From assembly GCA_973851085.1 (NCBI GenBank), contig OZ316776.1, positions 9,982,001-10,046,000 on the forward strand: 64,000 bases of DNA. Direction: 5' to 3'. The position numbers were made by a program, and so were the translations under genes. The DNA comes from Ptychomitrium polyphyllum (lineage: Eukaryota). The notes below the pieces were generated by a model. It was not told where the DNA came from and did not search any database. It saw only the letters and a program-made list of their open reading frames with translations. This document shows, in pieces, positions 12,833 to 24,684 of this stretch; the first letter of the stretch is position 1; every line of letters begins with the position of its first letter.

Positions 12833-15800
12833 TCACCTCCCTATTTAGCGACGAGTTCCATGAGGAGTTTTTTTCTTGGCTTGCTTATCACATTTCTACA
12901 AATTCCAAAATTTGTCGAAGGAGTGAAGCAACATACTCTGCTTGTTGTTCTTTGTTCACTGGTTCACCTAGTCCTTGCAAGAAGCGTCAATGGCTACCAG
13001 CCAAGACTTCTGTTGTTGAAATGTCCCATCTCAAAATCTGATCTTGATTAAGTCCTTCAAAACATCCTCCAAACAAGATTTCCGGTTCTCCAGGAGTAAC
13101 TCTTCCAATTTTTAACAAGATGACTAGAGCGCAAGCATTTAAATCAAGACTGGAATGTGAAGTGCGACTAGTCAATACTTTTGTACGAGGTCGTATTCGA
13201 TGTTGGGATGTTCCTCCCATATCTTGACTTAAATCCTCCGTTACCGAAAGCTGAGAAAGTTGAGTTGGTTCAACAAATGCTGTTGTAGATGAAGGCATGA
13301 CTGACTGCTCTTCACGCATATCCATGATAATATGAAGATTTGACATACTGGCTAGGATCTGGAAATGATCTATCTTAGAAATAATGCTGCATACAATTGG
13401 AGGTTTCGATATCTCTCCTCCCTTCTTATACTTGTCTATGAAGGAAAAACTTCTCTGTGAAGTTAACGGCTGCTGATGACACATCATCACTGACCTGGTT
13501 TCTAACGATATCTTTGATGAAATTCGCGTACCTTCTTGAATGCATTTGTTACATTTGTTGAAGGTTCCCATGTTCAGTCATTGATGCCATATCCTTGTCA
13601 ATGTATAAGGTACTCCATACGTCTGTTCTTGATGCGTGAATTTAAAATCTCTTCCACTTCATATTCAATTTCATTATTAATTTCCAGCGGAAGAGGCGGA
13701 GGGACAATTCTCTCTGGTATACATGATTTGTTATAGGTTTCCAACAACGATACGTGGAATATTGGATGAATTTGCATGCTTGGTGGTAGCTTTAGGCGAT
13801 AACTAACTGGATTTATTTGTTTGTTGATTTCAAAAGCTCCCAGCATTTAATGGTTCAACTTATTTGATGGTTTTTTTGTCTGTATATTTTGTCATAGAAG
13901 CCATATGCTATCTCCAACCTTGAACTTTGGATGGTCCTTTTGATGGCAATCTGCATAAGTTTTATAAAGATCTTGAGCTTGTTGTAACTGGAAAGTAATT
14001 TCTTGATGGATTTTAGCAAGTTGAATTGCAAAATCCTCTGCTGCAAGACTTCCAACATGCTTCACTTGAAATGGATCTGTTCAAGGATGATGCCCATAGT
14101 TTGCAAAGAATGGACTTTGACTTGTTGAAGAATACATTGTATTGTTGTAAGCAAATTCTGCCAAAGCCAAAAGGTCCATCCATTTGTCTTGCTTGTAGTT
14201 TATGCTACAACGAAGGTACTGCTCCAAAATTTAATTTACACATTTGGTTTGGCCATCAGTTTGCGAATGGTGTGCTGAAAGAAGATTGATCTTTATATGC
14301 AATAGTTGGAATAGAGCCCTCCAAAAGTTGGAAATGAACTGCGGCCCCTAATCGGATACAATATCATTTGGTAGTCCATGTATGCGGTAGACGTGATTTA
14401 GGAACAACTTGGCTGTTTCTTCTCCCGTTACCGTCTTGTTGCATGGAATGAAATGTGCTATTTTGATAAATCGATCTACCACTACCAAAATAAAATCCTT
14501 AGATTCGGAATTTGGAAGGTCCGTGATAAAATCCATTGATAAAGACAACCATGGGCCCTTTGACACTAGAAGCAGATGGTAGAGACCATGAGATTGGTGC
14601 CTTGGTACCTTGGCTCTTGCACAAGTGTCGCATGATCAAACAAAGTCCTTTACAAACTTCCACATTTGTGGCCACCAATAGTCTCTGTCAATCAACTTCA
14701 TTGTTTTATTGAATCCAAAATGTCCTGCTGTTGGAAAATCATGACGTGCTTAAAGGATCTTCAATTCCATAGAGCCTTGAGGTAGGTATAAAAGTCCTTT
14801 ATAATAAAGTAGGCCCTCTTGGAATTCAAAGTCTTCATTGCTATTTGAAGGACCTCCATTGTCTTTGAGGCGCTTCTTTATATTTGAAACAAAGACGTCA
14901 TTCTTTAAAGCCTTCCAAATTTTGTCAAGATGGGATGTTGTCGTAATAATGGCTGCTATCAATTGAAGATTCTCAGGCTCCAATAAAATAGTCCTTTGTT
15001 GATTCAAAACATCATCTCCAGGTTGAGGAGCTAAATAAGATCTTCGAGATAAGGTATCTGACTTACCTTGCAAGCTACTAGATTGATAGGTAATGACAAA
15101 GTCAAATCTAGAAAGCGACATACTCCACCTTGCTTGACGGCAATTCAAAACGCGCGCGCTCATGAAATACTCCAAGTTCTTGTGGTCTGTGTATATCGTG
15201 ATGGTATGTTGAACTCTTTCCAATAAGTGTTGTCATTCTTCAAACGCATCGACAATTGCAAGTAGTTCTTTATCATGTATATCATAATTGATCTCTGCCG
15301 CTGAGAATTTTTTTAAACAAAAGACATGGGAGTGAAGTCTCCCGTCTTCATCATATTGTGAGAGTACTGAGCCAAGCGCAAAATCTAAGGCATCCGCTTC
15401 CAAATAGAAAGGCTTTGATGGAGTTGGATGAATAAGAATTGGAGCCGACGTGAATGACTTCTTAAGACTTTGAAATGCTTTTTCCGCCCCTTCATCCCAA
15501 ATAAATTTTTGCTTCCCCGTAAGACGTGTTAATTGTGCCGCAATCTTGGAATAATTCTTTATAAATATTCTATAAAAGTTTGCAAATCCCAAGAAGCATT
15601 GAATATCTCGAATTGATTTTGGCGTACTCCATTCCATGACAGTGCTTATTTTCTTCTTATCCATATGAATTCCTCCTTTGGAAATGATGTAGCCTAAAAA
15701 TTCAATCGAGGGCTAATGGGAAAAGCCACTTTTTCAGTTTGGCATATAATCCTCGCTGGTGTAGTTTTTCTAAGACCAGTCGCACATGACATTTGTGGTC

Positions 15801-16954
15801 TTGTTCATCTTTTGAATATATCAAAATGTCATCTAAGTAGATGACTATAAAATCATCCAGATGTTCATGGAAGATATCATTCATCATATGTTGGAAGACT
15901 GCAAGAGCATTATTAAGGCCAAAAGGCATGACATTGTATTAAAAATGACCATACCTAAATCAAAACGCTGTCTTCTATTCGTCTCTTTCTTTGATGCGTA
16001 CAAGGTTGTAGGCTCCTCTAAGATCAATTTTGATGAATATCTTTGCTTGGCGCAGTTGTTGTAGGAGTCCTGACATTAATGGTAATAGATAGCAATTCTT
16101 TTTTGTTACTTTATTGAGGCCTCAATAGTCCACGCACATACATAATGATCCATCTTTTTTCTTTACAAATAGAATGGGTGCTCCAGCAGGTGATTTAGAA
16201 TGTTGAATGAAACCCTTTCGAAGGTTTTCATCAATATATTCTCTCAAGGCAGCCAACTCAGTTTGTGATAAGTTATAAATAGGTCCAAAAGGTGGTTGGG
16301 CTCCTTCTTGCAACTCAATGGTACAATCGTAAGGTCGGTGTTTTGATAACATGTCCGCATTCTTCTTCTCAAAAACATCTTTATAATCTTAATATTGACG
16401 AGGTATGTTTTGATTAGTCTCTATTGTTGAGCTAGACATTGGCGTGGCATAAATGGCATAGATTGGTTCATCCTTCGCCGCTCTCATAAATACCTTAGCT
16501 CCAATAAATGATGGTCCAAGATTTCTAGTACCTTGGCGTCTTTTCTTTGAGATTACCCTTCGTGAGCGCCAGTCAATGTCTAGATTATGTAATTCAAATT
16601 AAGGAAGGCCTAAAACAATAGGACTTGTTTGGCATTGAATGATTTTGAAGACAATCTTAAATGCCTAGTGTCCTAAAACAACCTCCAAGGGTTGAGTTTC
16701 TTCAATAACGTTGTTAGACGCATGAGATTGTCTATCATTAACTTCAATAAGTGCAAAGTATTTTTTCTTCACAAGTACCATGTGATATTTGGTTGCAAAA
16801 TCTTTGACCATAAATCATGCCGTTGCACCAGTGTCTAAAAGAGCCTCACTAATTATTTCATCATCTAACAATTTAATTTTGATAGGAAATGTAAAATAAG
16901 AAGTAGGGTTTGAAGGTAATAAGAGACCTTGACTTGATGGTCGTTTCCTTGTGG

Positions 16955-17000
16955 TGTCCAGTCGCATGGTCCCTACTGTGACTGGACAGCCTCGTTTTCC
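16955..17000 (-). promoter_or_regulatory. Putative -1 ribosomal frameshift signal at the gag-pol junction
   Basis: G GAA AAC heptamer in the gag frame, 5-nt spacer, then a 9-bp perfect stem TGTCCAGTC/GACTGGACA with the gag TAG in the loop. The -1 frame reads open into the protease LDTGA motif. Confidence 0.75.
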
Positions 17001-18228
17001 AACTCCACCACTGTGCTTTGAGCCTTAAAGGCAGATCGTTTGATTTGACAGTCGCGCACTTTATGTCAAGACTTGCTACAATACAAGCAGAGGTTTTCTC
17101 TTTGACGCCTTTCTTTTCCTTCTGGAGTCAAGCGTCTGAACTGGACAGCATCAATTTGCATAGGTTTTCGTCCTTGCTGTCAATTTTCGGATACTCTTAA
17201 AGAAGTGGTAGCCATGCTTTGATGTACTGGTCGCCATCCCAAGCGTTGTTCTTGGCGCCTCTCAAATAATCTGTTGTCACATGCTATTGCCTGAGTGATG
17301 AATTCGTCTAATGTTTCAACTCTTGGCATTGTGAGTAGCAAGTCCTTTACATTCTTTCTTAAGCTTTATCAAAATTGTGTGACCAAGGCGTTATCATTTC
17401 AATCAAGATCGCAAAATAATTGTCAAAACTCTGTAGCATAATTAGCAGCTGAGCGCTGTCCCTGTTGGAGACTTTAGATCCTTGTCTCAGCCACCCTCTC
17501 TCGGTCGGTGTTTCCAAAAGTAGATGTTAATGCTTCTATGAAAGCATCTAAGTTGTTCAATAATGGTGACTGCTTCTCCATTAGGGGTAGAAACCACAAT
17601 AGTGCATTGTTTGATAAAAGAGTGGCCACAAATTCTACTTGAGTTGTGCCATCAGAATAGCGAAATTGATGCAAACTAAGGAAGAGTCTTACTTGTTGAA
17701 CAAAGCCTCTCAATTTCGATCTTGATCCATCGAACTTGTCTGGCATGCTAATCTTTGGCTCTGCGTGGGTTCGACGGAAGCCTTTTCTTCCAATATTGGC
17801 CTCTTGCAATCGAACAACCTCTTGATATAGGCTTTGAATATCACCATTGGATTCTTCAGTTTGCCGAGTGTGTTGCTCCAAATTGTTGGTGGTATTAAAA
17901 CGGGCAAGTTCGGTTTGAACTGTGTTTAATAATACTTGAAGGTTTGCAATAGTTGCAAAGCTATTCTCTGATGTTCCAGGCACGTTATCCATTTCTTAAG
18001 ACTCTCAAAGACAGAAAGACTATGAGTACCTTCAAAGGAGGAAAATCCACGTCCTTTGAAAGAAGTAATACTTGGTTGTAGAAAGAGAAACCAACTCTAT
18101 GGTGCCTGCTTAGAGGAGGGTAATCCGCGACCTCTAAGACGCTATGGAATCCTAAAGAAGATGGATAATCCACAATCTTCTTCAAAGAACCTTAGCTCTG
18201 ACAGAAATGAAGAGTAGTCTTGCCAAAC

Positions 18229-18737
18229 TGTTAAGGACACAAGAAACAAGAAGCAGAAACGAATTGTTTCCCAAGAATTAGCTTCCAAAGAGCTATTGAT
18301 TAATAAGAACTTGATACAAAGACTAGAACAAGGCAAGATTCAAGATGATCCACAACTTGTGTTGGCAAGGCTAAGGAATACCTTGTCTTGCCTCCTATTT
18401 ATACTATGACGTTTGTATCTCCTAGGACACTTCTAAAGAAGCTTCCTATAAGGCTTAAGAATGTTTTGGAAATCTAGGGAACCTTCCCAAGAAGTTCCCT
18501 AAGATGTTGGAACCTTCCTAAAGGTCTTCTAAGAAGTTGGTACTTTCTTTGGAAGTTTCTTATGGTAGCGAAACCTTTTTAGGAAGTTTCCTAAGATGAT
18601 GGAACCTTCCTAGGAAGTTTCATAAAAACATGGAAAGGCTATGGAGACATCTAAAAGTATTCTAAGAAGCTATTATAGTATACTAGAAGGTTCTAGAATG
18701 TTCTAAGGACTATGTTGCATGATCTATGTCCGTAACA
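18229..18737 (-). repeat. 5' LTR of Tcn1-like element; TATA box TATAAATA at 18403-18396 (minus)
   Basis: TGTTAAGG...CGTAACA; lies upstream of gag on the minus strand. Confidence 0.88.
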
Positions 18738-18833
18738 ATAGAAGCATTGGAAGTATCTGAAGAAGCTACTACAATGTATAAAAAGGCTTTGGAAGATTCT
18801 AAAGATTATGTTGCATGATTTATGTTTGTGACA
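18738..18833 (-). repeat. Terminal fragment of another diverged LTR of the same family
   Basis: GAAGAAGCTACTACAATG...TATGTTGCATGATTTATGTTTGTGACA parallels the LTR end at 18660-18737. Confidence 0.65.
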
Positions 18834-20877
18834 CCATCTATCGCCCACTTTATTTTTAATGATTGTAAGGCTTTAAGAAGTTTTATTAAAAAATACATGA
18901 GATGGAGCCAAATTTGTCCAAAAATAATAAACTTGATGTATGTAAGATTCTAAATCTACAACATCTACAAATATTAGAGAATCAAGGAATTTGTAAGTAT
19001 GATTTAAATCTTTCACCACCTTCTTTTGTACATTTTGTAATAATAAGAAATTTTTTAAATATATTCCTTAACAAAGATGATTGGTATGTAAACTAATGAT
19101 GTACAAGCTACATTAAAACTGCAAATAGATTGGACAGAAGATCATGTAAATCTAAACTTACCTCAACTAATGAATGACTTTAATGACACCATCTAGCAAT
19201 GAATAAGTTAAAGTGATTTAAAATCTTCAAATTTTCATCACTAAACAGAATAACATATTAAAATTATTAAACAAACAATCTTTAAATGGAAAGGGAATCT
19301 TTAAAAAAGAAGTAATTGCTCAAGATACAAAGTTAGCAGCCTATAGTAATGATGTCAAGCTGCTTATTTAAACACCAATCCAAACCTATATTACTGTAGT
19401 GCTTGATTTTGAGCCTAACCTTGAGAACTATTGCCAAATTAAATGCAATATTTTCAAAGTGCTCTAGAAGGGTAATACCTTGTATCACTATATGCCATAA
19501 TATACGGTGTCCTAAAGTAAACAAAATTGAAATAACTAGCACATTCAAATTGTTCTTAAAGTCATAATATCTTGCCATTACTAAATAGGTTCATACAAGT
19601 GCTTTGTGATGAAAATATATCCTTGAAACATTATGCAGGAACCCAATAGGTAATGGATCAAGTTAATTTACTAAATTGGTCATGAAAGAAAATATTTTAT
19701 CCAATAGAAATAATACACAAGGTAAATCTGCTACTAATTTACTACAACCATAAAGAATCTCTATTAACATAATTATAGCAATTGCTCAAATGCCACCAAA
19801 ATAAAGAATTTCTTTCCATCTCTTGTAATTCAATCAAATTTAATCAATATTAATATGGTTTAATTATCTAATTCAAAATCAAGAAAGTTTAAGTGTTTAT
19901 TAACTAATTAAAAAATTTGTTGGAGATTAGAGCATTTGGTTGCTTGTAGTCTTAGAGTTAGTGTGAAACAAAGTTGATAAGATGGAGAGTGCGAGAATAA
20001 ACCCATAATGGTTGAAATAGTGGATTAAAGAATTATCCCATATTGATTGTAAGACTCATGTAGTTTGAGAAGAATAAAGGGCAAAACAAGGACTAGAATT
20101 TGAATCTCACTCCAAGCAATGTTTGCATACCTTGTGCATTGTGCTTGTGCAATCTTCTCTCTTCTCTTATTGTTTCTCAATAATTTCATGCTTAGTGATA
20201 TTAGTCATTGCTCACTGTAGCAACAAGTGTGAATAAAGAAGTCAAAAATTAATGCAAAAAATCAATTGCACCCGTTATATAATGTAGTTTGTAGCACACT
20301 CAATGGCACAAAATGAAGTTACATTAGTGAAAGGAAAAGGCTCAAAAAGGAAAAGGCTCAAAATGAAGTTACATAGTGAAAAAAAAAAGGCTCAAGTTAC
20401 ATGGATTTGTGGTTTTTAAAAATCTAAATTTTAAGCAAGCTCTTAACTAATCTTTACGTACTAAATATTAAAATCCATCATAATTTACAAGTGGCAATGG
20501 TACCATTGTATCCAATGACAAGAACATTCTTATTACCAACCAATTATACCAATTCTAATAGCAAATCTAATACTCCTAAAGAGGCCTAGCTGCAACATTA
20601 GACAAATAAGCCATTTTCATTGCCAATGGAGTATCAAGTCAACAAATTGGCCTAGTTTATTAAAACTTACATATATGAAAGGACAAAATGGCTCCTTTTG
20701 CAAATTAATTTTGCACTTTAATCAAATATTTATTTATAAAAGAAATACTAATTGCTTGAGCCACTTTAAAAGATCACATTATTATCTTACCTTCTAACAT
20801 TTTCTAAACACATTCTTTGCCTAAAACCTAGTGCCGTCAAATAACCACAAAAAGAAAAAGCCATTTCCAACATTTTA

Positions 20878-23538
20878 TGTTGAGCACCTCTCCTTGAAGA
20901 GTGCCCACAACACTAAAGGCACAAGGGGGACCCCGAAGTGACGTCCGAGACTTGTGGCGCCGATAGTGAGGAGAACCGAGTGGGCCTAGCGTGGGAAGGA
21001 CTCCTAGGGAGAGAAACATCCTTGCCCATGTAAACCAAGGGCCACTAGGAATAAATCATATGCATTAAAGTAATCACAAAGAGTTGATCCTAGAATGCTT
21101 AAGATTGTCTAAATCGGACAAGGGAGCTAAAAGTTATGGCATCCCAAAGTTGGGGTTGCCAAAGGGATGTTCTGGTGTGTGGCAGCCCCACACAGTGACT
21201 ATACTAGACTGGGACAGTCCAAAGAGGGACTCCCCGGGAGTCCTGAACCTTGGGAGAGGCGTATCTCCTACAATACTAACTCAAATCGGACGTTTGAAGA
21301 GTCTGTCGGCATTTACGCGAAAAGTAAATGACGATAGAGTGGTCGCTCGATACATTCGGGCATCGGATGAGGAAGATATGGCTCCTTGAAGGTCCGTTGG
21401 GAGTCCCGAAGGCTTCTAGCGACTAAGTCCCAAGGGAGATCGGTTGGTCTTCCAAAACTCTAGGTGTGTCAGGGTTCAACCAGCTACAAAGGGCCAGGGG
21501 GCCTGCCGAATCCCACAAAGAGTACTATAAGGGAGGGCTGGTCCCCCTCCCCACTCCCTTAGTGTCCCGGTAGAGACCAAGGGTGAGTCCCGGTTGGTGG
21601 AGCTAGTGTTGGAGCTTCACCTCAAGGACTCCCACACCATTATGAGTCGGAAGATGGCATGTTTCACAGAGGGAACTAGCACGTTCAAAAGGGTATGCTT
21701 GTTACTACTAAGTTGGAGTAGTGTCTTCACGCCGGCACCATGATGGCCCGGGGTGATCTTAGAATCACCTGAGCATCATGAGTGGTGGTGAGGAGACACC
21801 ACTAAGTGCGGTTAGGCCGTGTGGAATGGGAGTAACACCAAGTGAGGCCTTGAACATGAATGGAAGTCTGCATCTAATCATTGGCTACTAATAAATTGGA
21901 TGTCCTAAGAGAAATGATAGAAAGACTTGCAGAGTGAGAATGGGGAATAATCATGTGCATGTAGGGGTGCATAGGGTTGACGCGCGTGACGCTTACTAAG
22001 GTGCATTACGAGGGTTGCGACATTTGGTATCAGAGCAGGCCTTGAGTATCCAAGTGCTACGTTGCAAGGAGGCTATGGATAAGAAGAAGGTCGGTGATGG
22101 CGGTGAGCCCGGGGCCTCTAAACGACCACGCACAAGGGTGAACAGAGATCCCGATTCAATTAATGAGGCTCCATCCTTTGATTCCAATGAGCAAGGGAAT
22201 GACATTGGAATCAGCGAGGAAGTTGAGGAAACTCAACAAGACGAAGCATTGGAAGGTGGAGAGTACTTAGGAGCTAGAATTCCTGAGCCATCTGAGGGCC
22301 TTGAAAGTCAAGACCCTGACTTAAGTTTTTGCATCAAAATGCTTGAGTTCATGGACGGTGTGAACCAAGAACTCAAGCGTGGCAAAGAAGAAAAGACTCT
22401 TCAAGAGAGGTTGATTGAGCACTTGATGGCACAAGGTTCCAGGTCCTCATCTTTGACCAAGAAGTTGGCCAAGGTGAACATGCCCAGTACTTTCTCTGAG
22501 CTAGGTAAGGCTAGGAAGGTGAAGGAATTTCTTTTGGAAATGAACAACTATTAATGATGTTCAAAAATCGGAAGAGGTGGACAAAGTTTCAATTGCAGTG
22601 ACCTTTTTGAAAGACCATGCTCTTCAATGGTGGACAAGTAAAAATGAACAAGAGCCGAAGTTGGTGGCAACTTTGTCTTGGGTCAATTTTAAAGAGATTT
22701 TGAGTGAATGCTTCACTCCGGAATACCAAGAGTTGAAGGAGGGCATGAACTTGGTGCAAATGAGGCACACCGGGTTGCTCAAGAATTATGTGCAAGATTT
22801 CAACGCCCAAATGAATGCCACATTCAAAATGGATGAATTTTCAAAGAAATGCATCTTTTTGGGTGGGCTTCAAAAGTGGGTGGTGGACGCCTTGTTCAAA
22901 TTTCCAAAGCTTCCGGAGGATGTGGCGGGAATCATTAAGATTGCGGAAAGAATTGAAGCTGACGGTTCCAAAAAAAAATGTGGTGGTCCCTCTCAACAAA
23001 GTGGATTGAGCCGAAATGTATCTCGCGGCGGAAAACGCAAGAAATTTGGCTTTGGAAACAAACACAAGGGATAAGTAGATGGAAGGGCCTACAACAAAGT
23101 GGACCATCATGAGAAAAAACCATTCAAATCGGGAGATAAGAGTGCTGAGGTGAAGCACAAGCGTTGCCACGGGTGTGGCAAGATTGGTCACTTCATTGCG
23201 GAGTGCCCCGATAAAAAGGTGAGTACCAAAGCTTGTCACACTTGTGTTGTGGATCACATTTTAGAAGGTGGATTTGTGGCCAAGGCTAGTAGCCTTGAGC
23301 CAAGGTCGAGTTTCTTATACCTTGAGGCTCAAGTAAATAGCAAAAATGTCTCATGTTTGATTGACATAGGAGCAACGCACTCCTTCATGAGTCCCAAGCT
23401 AGCAAGGGTGTTGGGCTTGTCGGTTCAAAAAGCTAGCAAGCCCATCAACGTGCGATTTGCAAAAGGCAAACCGTGCGAGACGAAGGAGGTGGTGTTGGAT
23501 GTGGCCTTAAGTAGTGGAACCTTTGAGTTGAAGGAAAG
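20878..23538 (+). mobile_element. Galadriel-like chromovirus A: 5' LTR 20878-22022, tRNA-Met PBS, gag and truncated protease
   Basis: ~1145-bp TG..CA LTR and PBS TGGTATCAGAGC at 22025-22036. gag has zinc knuckle CHGCGKIGHFIAEC and protease LIDIGATHSF; frameshift near 22554 and stop near 23072; cut off by an LTR at 23539. Confidence 0.9.
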
Positions 23539-24684
23539 TGTCGCGCACCTCTCCTTGAAGAGTGCCCGCAACACTAAGGGCACAAGGGGGACCCCGAAGT
23601 GACGTCCGAGACTTGTGGCGCCGATAGTGAGGGGAACCGAGTGGACCTAGCGTGGAAAGGATCCCTAAGGGAGAGAAACATCCTTGCCCATGTATACCAA
23701 GGGCCACGAGGGATACGTGGCTTGCACTGGAAGAATCACAAAGAGTTGATTCTAGAGTGCTAAAGATTGTCCAAATCGGACAAGGGAGCTAAAAGTTATG
23801 GCATCCCAAAGTTGGGGTTGCCAAGGGGATGTTCTGGTGTGTGGCAGCCCCACACAGTGACTGTACTGGAGTGGGAGAGTTCAGGGAGGGACTCCCCGGG
23901 AGTCCCAAACCTTGGGAGAGGCGTATCTCCCACAATACTAACTCAAATTGGACGTTTGAGGAGCCTATCGGCATCTACGCAAAGAGTAAATGACGATAAA
24001 CAAGTTGCTTAATACATTCAGGCACTCGACGAGGAAGATATGGCTCCCTGAAGGTCCGTTGGGAGTCCCAAACGCTTCCACAAGGTAAGTCCTAAGGGAG
24101 ATTGGGCGGTCTTCTAAAACTCTAGATGTGTCAGGGTTCAACCAGCTACAAAGGGCCAGGGGGCCTGCCGAATCCCACAAAGAGTACTATAAGGGAGGGC
24201 TGGTCCCCCTCCCCACTCCCTTAGTGTCCCGGTAGAGACCAAGGGTGAGTCCCTGTTGGTGGACCTAGTTTTGGAGCTTCACCACTTAGACTCCCACACC
24301 ATTGTGAGCCAATGGACAGCCGGTATTACGGAGGGAACTAGCACATTCAAAAGGGTACGCTTGTTACCACTAAGTTTGAGTGGTGTCTTCACGCTGGCAC
24401 CATGATAGCCCGGGGTGATCTTATGATTGCATGGAGATCATGAGTGGTGGTGTAAAGACACCACTAAGTGCGGTTAGGGTGTGTGGAATGGGAGTAACAC
24501 CAAGTGAGGCCTTGGACATGAATGGAAGTTCGCACCTAACCATTGGCTACTAATAAATTGGGTGTCTTAAGAGAAATGGTAGAAAGAGTTGGAAAGTGAA
24601 AATGGAGATTAACCATGTGCATGTGGGGGTGTACAGGGTTGATGCGCGTAACGCTTGCTATGGTGCATTACAAGGGTTGCAACA
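23539..24684 (+). mobile_element. Solo/chimeric LTR of the same Galadriel-like family, without TSD
   Basis: TGTCGCGCACC...GGTTGCAACA is collinear with 20878-22022 but has many substitutions; flanks GAAAG and AAATT do not match. Confidence 0.88.

Larger units (their letters stand above)
12281..18737 (-). mobile_element. Full-length but inactivated Ty3/gypsy chromovirus, Tcn1-like (gag-PR-RT-RH-IN-chromodomain plus extra 3' ORF)
   Basis: Two similar TG..CA LTRs (18229-18737, 12281-12832) and PPT AGGGAGGTGA before the 3' LTR. gag PKISMPDKFDG and CLYC..HKVRDC, protease [26 protein letters not shown], RNase H, integrase SMDFITDLP, chromodomain EYEVEEILNS; many stops and frameshifts. No TSD seen. 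Confidence 0.93.

Noticed and set aside
21084..21389. 101-codon ORF inside the LTR (mirrored at 29449-29754)
   Set aside because: Non-ATG start, no motifs, truncated in the sibling LTR at 23539; it repeats only because the LTR does.
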